64,000 nucleotides of DNA from Thermodesulfobacteriota bacterium (lineage in GTDB: Bacteria; Desulfobacterota; Desulfobacteria; Desulfobacterales; C00003060). Under the pieces are notes generated by a model that saw only the letters and a list, made by a program, of their open reading frames with translations, had not been told where the DNA came from and did no database searches. The position numbers and the translations under genes are program-made. Shown piece after piece: positions 1 through 9,439 of the stretch. Where the stretch lies: contig JAXHVD010000011.1 of NCBI GenBank assembly GCA_034189385.1, positions 64,001-128,000 on the forward strand. Direction: 5' to 3'. Numbering within the stretch: position 1 is the first letter of the stretch; each line of letters opens with the position of its first letter.

Positions 1-1142
1 TTTGTTGGTGCGTTTCGTATGTGCAAGGGCACCGGGAGGGTGCCTGTTTCTGCAATGACCCCTTTCACCCTGCCCATGCCCGTATACAGGGCATTGCTCT
101 TTGGGGCTGTGGCAAGATAGATGGCGGCCTGGGCCAGGGCCAGATCCCCCTCTGGAAGGCCCACAAATTGAAATGCCTGCATAGCCGAAACGGTTACAGA
201 GAGGGCCCGCGGGTCTGCGTTTCCAATGTCTTCAGAGGCAAATCTGACCATGCGCCTGGCAATGTAGAGGGGATCCTCACCCCCTGCAAGCATGCGAGCC
301 AACCAGTAAAGGGCGGCATCGGGGTCACTGCCGCGCAGGCTTTTGTGAAATGCCGATATGAGATCATAGTGTTCATCACCACTCTTGTCATAGCGAAGAG
401 CCTTCCTCTGCAGGGCGGCTTCCACCACGGCCCTAGTAATCTTCCTTCTCTTTACTTGTTTTTCTTGAACAAGAGAGGCTGCTGCCTCCAGATTGTTGAG
501 TGCTGCGCGAGCGTCTCCATCAGCTGACCAAGCGAGGTACTCTAACGCTTCAGGTTCCACCTGCACAGAGGCTTCTCTTAAACCATTTTTGCTGTCGTTC
601 AAAGCACGTTTCAAAATGGCCGTCAACTCCCCTACTGAGAACGGTTTCAGGACCATCACCCGTGCCCTTGATAGGAGGGGGGCAATGACCTCGAAAGAGG
701 GATTCTCGGTCGTAGCCCCGATGAGTGTAATCAACCCGCTTTCCACATGGGGCAAAAAGGCGTCCTGCTGGGCCTTGTTGAACCGATGGATTTCGTCTAC
801 AAAGAGGACGGTCTTCTTTTGGTGAAAGTGGCGATACGTTGTGGCAGAGTCTATGACCTTGCGGATATCTTTCACGCCAGAGAGAACGGCCGAGAATGTC
901 TCAAAGTGCGACTTGGTCTCCTTGGCCATGATTCGGGCAAGCGTCGTCTTTCCTGAGCCCGGGGGACCCCAGAGAATGATCGAAAACAGACGATCTTCGT
1001 CTATGGCATGACGAAGCAGGCTCTCTTTGCCAAGGAGGTGACCCTGTCCCACAAAGGCCTCCAGGCTTTGGGGGCGCATTCTATCTGCTAGAGGGGGAAC
1101 GGGGGAGTCGGTCTTTTTTTCAACTTGATCAAAGAGATCCAT
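1..1142 (-). CDS. rarA: Replication-associated recombination protein A (RarA/MgsA AAA+ ATPase), 3' end outside window
   Basis: Not in ORF track (no stop in window). Manual minus-strand translation from ATG 1142: MDLFDQVEKKTDSPVPPLADRMRPQSLEAFVGQGHLLG...SIILWGPPGSGKTT (PLADRMRP plus Walker A). Confidence 0.92.
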   Translation of the reverse strand, partial: MDLFDQVEKKTDSPVPPLADRMRPQSLEAFVGQGHLLGKESLLRHAIDEDRLFSIILWGPPGSGKTTLARIMAKETKSHFETFSAVLSGVKDIRKVIDSATTYRHFHQKKTVLFVDEIHRFNKAQQDAFLPHVESGLITLIGATTENPSFEVIAPLLSRARVMVLKPFSVGELTAILKRALNDSKNGLREASVQVEPEALEYLAWSADGDARAALNNLEAAASLVQEKQVKRRKITRAVVEAALQRKALRYDKSGDEHYDLISAFHKSLRGSDPDAALYWLARMLAGGEDPLYIARRMVRFASEDIGNADPRALSVTVSAMQAFQFVGLPEGDLALAQAAIYLATAPKSNALYTGMGRVKGVIAETGTLPVPLHIRNAPT

Positions 1143-1175
1143 TGCTGTGATTCCTGGTTCTTCTCCAAGCTCTTA

Positions 1176-2489
1176 TTACTTCTTTTCCCGCTTTCTAAAT
1201 ATGATCCTTATAGGGGTCCTGTCCAGTCCCAAGGCCTCTCGAAGTTGGTTTATTAGGTATCGCCTGTACGAAAAATGAATGGCCTCAGGATAGTTTAAGA
1301 AACAGACAAACGTGGGTGGAGCCGAAGATGTTTGCGTGACATAGTAAAGCTTCACGCGCCTGCCCCGGTGAGCAGGGGGTTCATGCTGATGGATGATAGC
1401 CTCAAAGACCCGATTCAAATGTCCAGTGCTTACACGGGAGGTATATTGTTCATATACCGGCCTCACCCACTCAAAGATCTTAAGTGTTCGCTGACCTGTG
1501 AGGGCCGAAATGGTCAACACAGGGGCAAAGTTCAGAAACTTGAGTCGACCCCTGACTTGTTCCATATATCCCTTGGCCGTTGTAGCATCCTTTTCAATCA
1601 AATCCCATTTGTTTAAAAGGACGATACAGGCCCGACCTCTTTCAAAGCAGTACCCTGCAATGCGGACATCCTGCTCGGTAACCCCCCTGACGGCATCCAT
1701 CATGACCAATGCAATGTGGCAACGATTCAGGCTTTTCAGGGCCTTTATGACGGAAAACTTCTCCAGCTTTTCTTGGACCCTCTTCTTTCTGCGAATCCCG
1801 GCCGTGTCTATTAAAAGATATTCTTCTCTATTCACCGTGCAGATGGTGTCAATGGCATCCCTGGTAGTTCCCGGCATCTCACTGACCACAAGACGATCGT
1901 CTCCAAGAAGGCAATTGATCAGGGATGATTTTCCCACATTGGGCCTTCCAATGACGGCCAGCCTAATCCGATCTGAAGATGTCTCAACCGTCGTCTGAGG
2001 CAAGACAGCGGTCAAGGCGTCCATGAAATCGATCACACCGTATCGGTGTTCAGCAGAGATGGGGTAAAGTGGCGCCACGCCCAGGACGGAGAAGTCTGAC
2101 AGGGCCGATTCGTGGCTCGGCCCATCGATCTTGTTGACCCCGTAAAACACAGGTTTGCTCGACTGACGAAGCCTTTGAACCAGATCCGTATCAACAGGGG
2201 TGACCCCTTGGCGCCCGTCGAAAAGCATGATAATGGCGTCCGCTTCTTCTATGGCCTGTCCCACCTGGTATCGCACCAGAGGGGCAAACTGCTCTGATTC
2301 GAAGTCGGAAAAGCCACCCGTATCCACCACTGTAAAGGAGACGCCATCCCACTTTGCGTCTCCATATATCCGGTCTCGGGTGACACCAGGCAAGTCATCC
2401 ACTAGGGCCTTTCGCGACCGTGTCATTCGGTTAAAGAGTGTGGACTTCCCCACGTTCGGTCGCCCTACAATGGCAACAATTGGTTTCAT
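1176..2489 (-). CDS. der: Ribosome biogenesis GTPase Der (EngA)
   Basis: Two GTPase domains (GRPNVGKST, GRPNVGKSS; DTGG/DTAG; NKID/NKWD) and KH-like C-terminus; start at MKPIVAIVG. Confidence 0.97.
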   Translation of the reverse strand: MKPIVAIVGRPNVGKSTLFNRMTRSRKALVDDLPGVTRDRIYGDAKWDGVSFTVVDTGGFSDFESEQFAPLVRYQVGQAIEEADAIIMLFDGRQGVTPVDTDLVQRLRQSSKPVFYGVNKIDGPSHESALSDFSVLGVAPLYPISAEHRYGVIDFMDALTAVLPQTTVETSSDRIRLAVIGRPNVGKSSLINCLLGDDRLVVSEMPGTTRDAIDTICTVNREEYLLIDTAGIRRKKRVQEKLEKFSVIKALKSLNRCHIALVMMDAVRGVTEQDVRIAGYCFERGRACIVLLNKWDLIEKDATTAKGYMEQVRGRLKFLNFAPVLTISALTGQRTLKIFEWVRPVYEQYTSRVSTGHLNRVFEAIIHQHEPPAHRGRRVKLYYVTQTSSAPPTFVCFLNYPEAIHFSYRRYLINQLREALGLDRTPIRIIFRKREKK

Positions 2490-2629
2490 GCTGTGCATTT
2501 CAGGGTTTGGGTTGGCTGCAAAACGTCTTGGCCTATCGTCTCGGTTATGCAACACATTATTGGAACATGGGGCCAGAATATCCGAATTCTGGCAGAAGGG
2601 CAAGACATGGGCCGAGAAGGGAAATGGGA

Positions 2630-2914
2630 TCAGTCTGAGCGGTCTTTTCGTTTCTTGGCTGCTTCTATGAGCTCAACCAGGTTTGTGACTTTGTCCTTGG
2701 GCGGTTGATTGAAAAGGCGGTCCCACTGGGTCTGAGTCAGGTTTTTTCTAAGATAGGCCTCCACAGGAAAATAGGGGTGCCAACAGATTATAATCCGGGG
2801 ACAGGGGAGATCACCTCCCTCTACTCGACAGTAGGAAAAGGTGACCTCCCCTCCCAGTCTGGGGCACCTGATCTCCAGGTGGTCGTACCTGCAATTTTCG
2901 CCTTGGGTGACCAT
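2630..2914 (-). CDS. Small Cys-rich hypothetical protein
   Basis: 94 aa, RCPRLGGEVTFSYC...PCPRIIICW; co-oriented with trpB2 and der. Confidence 0.75.
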   Translation of the reverse strand: MVTQGENCRYDHLEIRCPRLGGEVTFSYCRVEGGDLPCPRIIICWHPYFPVEAYLRKNLTQTQWDRLFNQPPKDKVTNLVELIEAAKKRKDRSD

Positions 2915-2938
2915 TTCGGATCGTCATCCATGAGCTTC

Positions 2939-3052
2939 TTAAAAATAGACTGGAGTTAGAAAACCGGCGATCGGTCCAAGGCTTAAGGCGCAAGGGCAAC
3001 TCCTTCATCCTTATGCCCTGCACCGTGAACCTGACGCTGAGTCTGTTTTTAA
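2939..3052. repeat. 114-bp element with 13-bp terminal inverted repeats
   Basis: TTAAAAATAGACT (2939-2951) / AGTCTGTTTTTAA (3040-3052), 12/13 complementary; degenerate heptamer arms inside. Confidence 0.5.
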
Positions 3053-3102
3053 GTGGTTTTCATGCTTCACGGGACACTAAAGCCTTACTTGTGCCCCCGT
3101 GG

Positions 3103-4464
3103 CTACGGCTTTGGCAGACCCTCTATGGCTTTCAGGGCCCGGGCGATCTCTTCATCGGGCATCTCGTATTTTTGTAGCTTGCCCGAGAGATAGGCATCAT
3201 AGGCTGCCAGATCTACCAGTCCGTGGCCACTCCAATTAAAAAGGATGACCTTCTCTTTTCCTTCTTCCTTAGCACGCTCTGCCTCTTGAACCACGGCTGC
3301 AATGGCGTGGTTGGTCTCTGGGGCTGAGATAAAGCCTTCGCTGCGGGCCCAGTTGACTCCTGCCTCAAAGGTCTGGACCTGATCGTATGCCCTCGCTTCT
3401 ATGATGTCTTCCTTTACCAGATGGCTGATAATGGGTGCCATCCCATGGTACCGGAGCCCCCCTGCGTGGATCGGGGCCGGCACAAAATCATGTCCCAGGG
3501 TATGCATGGCCAGCAGAGGGGTGGTTTGGGCCGTATCTCCGAAATCGTATGCAAAAGGGCCACGGGTCATGGTCGGACAAGAGGTGGGCTCGGCTGCCAC
3601 AATGGAGACCTCCTTGCCATTGATCTTGTCCTGCACAAAGGGGAGACAGAGGCCGGCAAAGTTGCTCCCGCCGCCTGTGCACCCTATGACCACATCGGGA
3701 TATACACCGACCTTTTCAAGCATCTTCTGGGCCTCCAAACCGTTTATTGTCTGATGCAGCAGCACGTGGTTCAGAACGCTTCCCAAAGAATAACGGGCGT
3801 CGGGGTCCATGACAGAGTCTTCAATAGCCTCGCTAATGGCAATGCCCAAACTGCCAGGAGAATCAGGATGCTCGGCCAGGATCTTCCTTCCCGCTTCAGT
3901 CTTGTCGCTCGGGCTGGGAAAACAGTTGGCTCCCCAGACCTGCATCATCATCCCCCTGAAGGGCTTTTGCTGGTAGCTCACCTTGACCATGAATACCCTG
4001 CACTCGAGGCCAAACATCTGACAGGCCATGCTTAGCGCACTACCCCACTGGCCAGCACCGGTTTCTGTGGAAAGCCGCTTTACGCCAAAGGCCTTATTGT
4101 AATAGGCCTGGGCAATAGCAGTGTTGGGCTTGTGGGAGCCAGGGGGGCTTACGCCTTCGTTTTTGTAGTAGATCTTCACAGGGGCATTGAGCAGCTTTTC
4201 GAAGTTACGGGCCCTGCATAGCGGTGTGGGGCGCCACAGAAGGTATTTTTCCAGGACCTCTTCAGGGATGTCGATCCATCGCTCTGTGCTCACTTCCTGT
4301 TCGATGAGGTTCATGGGAAACACGGGCGCAAGGTCATCAGGCCCTACCGGTTGCCCCGTTCCTGGATGGAGCGGAGGGCTCATAGGTGTGGGCATATCAG
4401 CCAAGATGTTGTACCATTGCCTCGGGATCTCACTCTCGTCCAAGAATACCTTCACTTGTTTCAT
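3103..4464 (-). CDS. trpB2: Tryptophan synthase beta chain, TrpB2 type (PLP-dependent)
   Basis: [20 protein letters not shown] (PLP lysine), [33 protein letters not shown]; no trpA nearby. Confidence 0.95.
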   Translation of the reverse strand: MKQVKVFLDESEIPRQWYNILADMPTPMSPPLHPGTGQPVGPDDLAPVFPMNLIEQEVSTERWIDIPEEVLEKYLLWRPTPLCRARNFEKLLNAPVKIYYKNEGVSPPGSHKPNTAIAQAYYNKAFGVKRLSTETGAGQWGSALSMACQMFGLECRVFMVKVSYQQKPFRGMMMQVWGANCFPSPSDKTEAGRKILAEHPDSPGSLGIAISEAIEDSVMDPDARYSLGSVLNHVLLHQTINGLEAQKMLEKVGVYPDVVIGCTGGGSNFAGLCLPFVQDKINGKEVSIVAAEPTSCPTMTRGPFAYDFGDTAQTTPLLAMHTLGHDFVPAPIHAGGLRYHGMAPIISHLVKEDIIEARAYDQVQTFEAGVNWARSEGFISAPETNHAIAAVVQEAERAKEEGKEKVILFNWSGHGLVDLAAYDAYLSGKLQKYEMPDEEIARALKAIEGLPKP

Positions 4465-4489
4465 AGCCTTTCCTCCTTTGACCTATTTC

Positions 4490-4543
4490 AAAAAAAAAGC
4501 CATGGAAAGAACCCATGGCAATTTTGTCCACAAGAGCCATGGG
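4490..4543 (-). terminator. Intrinsic terminator with competing antiterminator in the trpB2 leader
   Basis: Minus strand GCCATGG-GTTCTTT-CCATGGC followed by 9 T (4519-4490); upstream CCCATGGC (4543-4536) can pair with the terminator 5' arm GCCATGGG. Confidence 0.8.
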
Positions 4544-4651
4544 AAGACCCTGCTTGCCCACGACTCCATTCATTCTTTTCAGAACAGACTGTCTGTAGAC
4601 AGGCTCACCATCTCCCCTGTTACGGCCAACAAAAGCCGTTGTGTCTCATAC

Positions 4652-4699
4652 TCAGAAAAACCACCACAACCCACACTTTTGCAGCCTGCAAGCTCGCAT
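4652..4699 (-). CDS. Candidate Trp leader peptide MRACRLQKCGLWWFF
   Basis: 15 codons with tandem TGG TGG, upstream of terminator and trpB2; SD weak. Confidence 0.55.
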   Translation of the reverse strand: MRACRLQKCGLWWFF

Positions 4700-4748
4700 A
4701 ACAAAGCCGCAAACTCGTGTCAAGGGCAAAAAGCGGCGTGGCCAACCC

Positions 4749-5003
4749 CTACCTGACCTTGGAAACCGTGTCGTGTTCCCGCACCCTTTCTCTGACCTTA
4801 ATGCCAAGGAGGTCTCCCGGCCTTGCCTCCTCCACGGGCTGATTGTCGATCTGCATACTGGTAATGGTCTCCTCAAAATCGGTTGTGTGGCCCTTGAAAT
4901 GGACCACGTCCCCAACCCTGAGAACACCGGCAGTGATTTCAACGGCTGCAACACTGGGCTTGGCAAAGAACTTTTGCACCTTTCCGACCTTTTCTTCTTC
5001 CAT
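4749..5003 (-). CDS. Translation elongation factor-like small beta-barrel protein (EF-Tu domain II / U32 C-terminal-like)
   Basis: 84 aa; VGKVQKFFAKPSVAAVEI...GDVVHFKGHTTDF...SMQID...GDLLGIKV. Confidence 0.85.
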   Translation of the reverse strand: MEEEKVGKVQKFFAKPSVAAVEITAGVLRVGDVVHFKGHTTDFEETITSMQIDNQPVEEARPGDLLGIKVRERVREHDTVSKVR

Positions 5004-5264
5004 TTCACACCCCCTGGTGACAGGTTGAGGTTGATCAAGAGTTCAGGCCGATTTGGCGACTCCTTGACAGCAGAGCGGCCGCAGATTTTGCGTGCCTGTA
5101 TACACCTAACTCATTTACAAAGCAACCGCCTTCTGCTAGAACCCGCACATTTGCACGAGGAGATGGGCACCCATCTTTCTACCTTCTGTCCGCCCATGGG
5201 ACAAGGCACTGTCAACTCGACAACCGAAAACACGGGCGGGGCTAGGTGCTCGGGTGGTGTACGA

Positions 5265-7625
5265 ATGAAGTCTTCCACAGCCTTTGACGGTGGCCGAGGA
5301 CTATTTCCTCGGCTTGCCAGAATCTGGACCTTGAAAAGTCTACCTCATATCTGGGCCAAGCAGTCCAGAAACCATTTGTCGGCTCTTCTCGTTGTGTGCC
5401 TTCTGATCCTTCCGGCCTGTGCGCCAGCCCCTGTCCCCAAGAGGGAGTGGGTGCCTGTTTCACCGGAAATCACCATAGCGTTGGAGTCCTTTGAAAGGGC
5501 TGAGCGCCTTTTTCAGGAGAAGGCTTACTTAAAGGCACTGGCCATCTACGAAGACTACCTTGCAGAATCCTCCCGGGGACCGCTGGCGGACGCTGCCTGG
5601 ATGAAGATAGGTCTCATCTATATGGCCATGGAGAGGTATCCACAATCGCGAAAGGCTTTTCAGACCCTTCTCTCTGAGTACGCAGACAGTCCCTTTGTAG
5701 AAGACACCAGGTTCAATGTCATGCTCACCTACTACAAAGAAGGGGACTACAAATCAGCTGCCCGGTTCGCTAGATCTGCCTTGGGGTCTGCAAAGACCAC
5801 TCGCCAAAAATTTCGTATCAACTATCTTCTGGGTTACACGTACAGCGCCAGCAGACACTTCAAGTATGCCATCACCAGTTTCATGGAGGCCTATCACCTT
5901 ACCTCCTTGCAAGGGCGCAAGGAAATCCTGAGCAGCGTGAAGAAAATTATCCCCTACCTGAAAGAGGGGGAACTGACCTCCCTGCTTCAGCTTTTTGGGA
6001 ACAGGGTCCCTGGCGGCTATTTGCGCCTTCAACTGGCAAAGAAATATGTGTCCCAAGATCGCATTGACCCAGCCATCAACGTTCTATCTGATTTTATCCG
6101 TCTATTTCCCGATCATGATGAGATGGCGACTGCCTTAGCCCTGATGGAAGAATTGAAGTCTGCAGCCATGGTGGATCGTTTCCTGATCGGTTGTGTACTT
6201 CCCCTCACTGGACCCTACGGGACCTTTGGAACCCGTGCGCTCACGGGCATTGAGCTTGCCCTTCATCAGTTCAATAGCCAACCCCATGTCCACCCTATAG
6301 ATTTGGTCATCAGGGATTCAAAGGGAGATCCCAAGGAGGCCTCAAGGGCTGTGGAGTCCCTGACCCTAACCGATAAGGTGACCGCCATCATCGGGCCTAT
6401 GATCACGTCAGAATCAGCGGCAATGAAGGCGCAGGAGTTAAAGGTTCCTATTCTGACCTTAACTCAAAAGCCAAATATAACGGAAACAGGAGACTTTGTA
6501 TTTCGAGACTTTGTCACGCTCTCTTTGCAGGTCAAGGCTATTGTAGACTATGCAGTGGATGACCTGGGACTTCAGAGATTTGCCATCCTGTATCCTGATG
6601 AACCCTACGGCGTCTCCTTCATGAACAAGTTCTGGGATGAGCTGATGAGCCGTGGTGCTGAGGTGACAGCCATTGAATCTTACGGGCCAGAGCAGACCGA
6701 TTTCGGGGATCCTGTTAAGCGACTAGTGGGCCTCTATTATCCCAGGCCCGAAATGACGGAAGAAGAGATGCTGGCAGAAGAGGAAGCCTGGACACTGTTT
6801 GCAGCACCAGGCGAAGATGAAACAGCGTGGCTTGATATTGAACAACCACTTGAATTTATGATTAATATGGCCGACAAAGAGAGTTTGTCCGATGAATACG
6901 ATGAATACGCCGAACATGACCAGTACAACGAATACGGCCCTCACCCCGAACACGACGACAACCGAACGGTCAACGGGGCCGCAGAAGAAGAGCCGGTGTC
7001 CCCAGCACCTGAACAGATAGTCGATGTTGAGGTGACCACCATCCTTGATGGTTATGAACTTGACCTGGAAGAGCCCCTTGATTTTTTCTATGACACAGAC
7101 GCCGACAAAAAAGAGCCACCGCCAAAGGAGCGGGAGGGTCCCCAGCCAATTATTGACTTCGAGGCCATTTTCATCCCAGAAAGTTACGAGAAGGTCGCCC
7201 TCATTGCGCCCCAGTTTTTGTATAATGATGTGTCCGGTGTCCTACTCCTTGGGACCAATTTATGGCATTCGGACAAGCTCGTAGAAATGGCTCGCGGTCA
7301 TGTCCAGGGAGCTGTGGTGCCGGACGGTTTTTTTGTGGATAGCCCTTCAGTTACGGCGCGAGAGTTCGTAGAGGGCTACAAGGAGGTTTTTGGCGGTCCC
7401 CCGGCATTCTTGGAGGCCCAAGCCTATGATGCGGCCTGGATTCTCTTTCAAGCGGTCAACCACCCTCGGGTCTGGTCCCGGAAGAGTGTAAAGAAAGCCC
7501 TAATGGAAATTCTTGATTTTCAAGGTGTTACAGGCGTCACCACCTTTGATGAAACCGGAGACGTGGTAAAAGACTTGTACCTTCTCAAGATAGAAGGGCG
7601 TCGTTTCGTCCAGATAAAGCCATGA
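5265..7625 (+). CDS. LppC/LpoA-like lipoprotein: TPR N-terminus plus type I periplasmic-binding domain
   Basis: Lipobox LPAC; TPR-like helices; IGCVLPLTGPYGTFG, IIGP, AQAYDAA, FQGVTGVTTFDETGD. Start uncertain (5265 or TTG 5331). Confidence 0.85.
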   Translation: MKSSTAFDGGRGLFPRLARIWTLKSLPHIWAKQSRNHLSALLVVCLLILPACAPAPVPKREWVPVSPEITIALESFERAERLFQEKAYLKALAIYEDYLAESSRGPLADAAWMKIGLIYMAMERYPQSRKAFQTLLSEYADSPFVEDTRFNVMLTYYKEGDYKSAARFARSALGSAKTTRQKFRINYLLGYTYSASRHFKYAITSFMEAYHLTSLQGRKEILSSVKKIIPYLKEGELTSLLQLFGNRVPGGYLRLQLAKKYVSQDRIDPAINVLSDFIRLFPDHDEMATALALMEELKSAAMVDRFLIGCVLPLTGPYGTFGTRALTGIELALHQFNSQPHVHPIDLVIRDSKGDPKEASRAVESLTLTDKVTAIIGPMITSESAAMKAQELKVPILTLTQKPNITETGDFVFRDFVTLSLQVKAIVDYAVDDLGLQRFAILYPDEPYGVSFMNKFWDELMSRGAEVTAIESYGPEQTDFGDPVKRLVGLYYPRPEMTEEEMLAEEEAWTLFAAPGEDETAWLDIEQPLEFMINMADKESLSDEYDEYAEHDQYNEYGPHPEHDDNRTVNGAAEEEPVSPAPEQIVDVEVTTILDGYELDLEEPLDFFYDTDADKKEPPPKEREGPQPIIDFEAIFIPESYEKVALIAPQFLYNDVSGVLLLGTNLWHSDKLVEMARGHVQGAVVPDGFFVDSPSVTAREFVEGYKEVFGGPPAFLEAQAYDAAWILFQAVNHPRVWSRKSVKKALMEILDFQGVTGVTTFDETGDVVKDLYLLKIEGRRFVQIKP

Positions 7626-7695
7626 ACGATCCACGCCTCGAGGACCGCGCGTTGGGGAAACATCTCGCAAGGGTGTGTGGGGGGCACAAGGCCAC

Positions 7696-7907
7696 GAGTG
7701 ACTAAAATGCCTAGAGTTTGAAGTGCCTAAAGTGGTGGTTCCCCTTCGGCAGGTCGGTTTTGAAAGACTCGGCCAAGTCCGAATCTGGTAATCATCACTT
7801 ACTCACGTTTGCGCCTGCGGCTTCAAAAGAGGCGCGCCCCTCGTTTTCGCTTGGGATGTGAATTGAAAAAAGACAGGGTACGGCAACTTTAGACACTCTA
7901 GGCACTT
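7696..7907. repeat. Intergenic element with complementary degenerate 9-mer tandem arms
   Basis: Left GTGACTAAA-ATGCCTAGA-...-GTGCCTAAA-GT (7696-7733); right AC-TTTAGACAC-TCTAGGCAC-TT (7886-7907). Confidence 0.7.
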
Positions 7908-7982
7908 AGATGCCACGGAAGACCAAACAAGGCGGAGCCCAGCTCATCTGACCATGCCCAAGGGACCAAATTTCCTGAGCCA

Positions 7983-9299
7983 ATGAATAACTTACTCTAT
8001 CGAGCCTATACCCTCCTCACGGGTGGCCTCTTCATGTCTTGTCTTCCTCCTTTCTGGCTTTATGCCCAGCTGAGTGGCCACCACAAAAAGGGTTTAAAAG
8101 AACGCTTGGGATTCGTGCCCGAAGCCTCTGTCCAGCTCCTTTCTGGCTCGCCCCGTATCTGGATGCACGCAGTTTCCCTTGGAGAGGTCCGGGTGGCCGC
8201 ATCCATCATTAACGCCCTCAGGGCGATCATGCCGAGGTGTTCTGTCATCTTATCCACGACGACCCAACACGGCAGGGCGCTTGCAAGAGAGGTTCTGGCC
8301 AATGATGTCCCCGTCGTCTTTGGGCCCGTCGATTTTGTTGGTGCCGTGCGCAAGGCCCTTTACAGTGTCCGCCCCCACGTCCTGGTCCTTCTGGAAACGG
8401 AAATATGGCCTGCGTGGCTTAAAGAAGCTCGGCGTATGGGAATGAAGACCGCCTTGGTCAATGGGCGCATCTCTGCCAGATCTATCGGCCGATATCTCAA
8501 GTTCCGTCCCTTTTTCAAAGAAGTCCTAAAAGACGTTGATGCCTTCAGCATGATCATGGAACAAGATGCAACTCGCATCAGGGCCATGGGAGCTGATCCA
8601 GAGAAGATCGTAGTAAACGGAAACGCAAAATACGACCAGTTGATCAGCCTTACAGATCCCGCCATGGAAAAGGCGATGCGCCTTGAATTGAATCTCCAAG
8701 CCTCCAGCCGGGTCTTTGTGGCTGGAAGTACCCGGCAAGGGGAGGAGGCCTTGGTCCTGAGGGCCTACGAAGACGTTTTGAAAGCCTTTCCCGACACCAT
8801 CCTCATCATTGCGCCCCGACACATCGTCCGGACCGCTGATATAGCCTCCCTCCTTGTTGGCCGTGGCTTCAAATACCAACTCAGAAGCGAGATTGGCCGT
8901 GAAGGAGCGGGACGCACAGAGCAGGTGGTTATCATGGACACCTTTGGGGAACTCTTCAAGCTGTATAGTGTAGGCACCATCGTATTTTGTGGCGCAAGCC
9001 TCGCACCTTTGGGAGGGCAAAACCCTTTGGAAGCGGCAGTTTGGGGAAAACCAGTCCTTTTTGGCCCCTCCATGGACAACTTCCTGGACGCAAAGGCCCT
9101 CTTGGAAGGGGCTGGCGCCGGAATAACAGTTAAGGGCCCTGAAGAGTTGGCTGAAAAGGCCATCTGGTTTCTGCGCCATCCTGATGCCTTGGAGCAAACC
9201 GGTGCCCGTGGTCGCCAAGCGGTCTTGAAAAACCCAAATGCCGCTGAAAAGCACGCGGAGGTCATCAGTAGGCTGGCCCTTGCCGACAAGTCTAAATGA
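7983..9299 (+). CDS. waaA: Kdo transferase
   Basis: IWMHAVSLGEV, LETEIWP, VNGRIS, AGSTRQGEE, IIAPRH, DTFGEL, GGQNPLEAA. Confidence 0.95.
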   Translation: MNNLLYRAYTLLTGGLFMSCLPPFWLYAQLSGHHKKGLKERLGFVPEASVQLLSGSPRIWMHAVSLGEVRVAASIINALRAIMPRCSVILSTTTQHGRALAREVLANDVPVVFGPVDFVGAVRKALYSVRPHVLVLLETEIWPAWLKEARRMGMKTALVNGRISARSIGRYLKFRPFFKEVLKDVDAFSMIMEQDATRIRAMGADPEKIVVNGNAKYDQLISLTDPAMEKAMRLELNLQASSRVFVAGSTRQGEEALVLRAYEDVLKAFPDTILIIAPRHIVRTADIASLLVGRGFKYQLRSEIGREGAGRTEQVVIMDTFGELFKLYSVGTIVFCGASLAPLGGQNPLEAAVWGKPVLFGPSMDNFLDAKALLEGAGAGITVKGPEELAEKAIWFLRHPDALEQTGARGRQAVLKNPNAAEKHAEVISRLALADKSK

Positions 9300-9439
9300 G
9301 GACGAATCCACTGGCTCTACCGTGAAGAAGGGAGGAGGTTTCATCGTTTCCGGTAGTTGCTTAACCAGCAATAAAAAGCCACTGTCTTGCCAGCGGGTAG
9401 CAGGGCGCCGACCCGCCGTTATATGAAAGGAGGATATCT

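Noticed and set aside
21..956. Plus-strand ORFs at 21, 493, 500 and 747
   Set aside because: Antisense shadows of rarA.
4530..4620. T-box riboswitch (GAA-UGG-A specifier-like, AAGCAGGGT)
   Set aside because: No UGGN-ACC antiterminator bulge and no convincing Stem I.
4641..5264. N-terminal approx. 208 aa of the 994-aa ORF
   Set aside because: Overlaps the minus-strand 84-aa gene and trp leader; lipoprotein signal lies further downstream.
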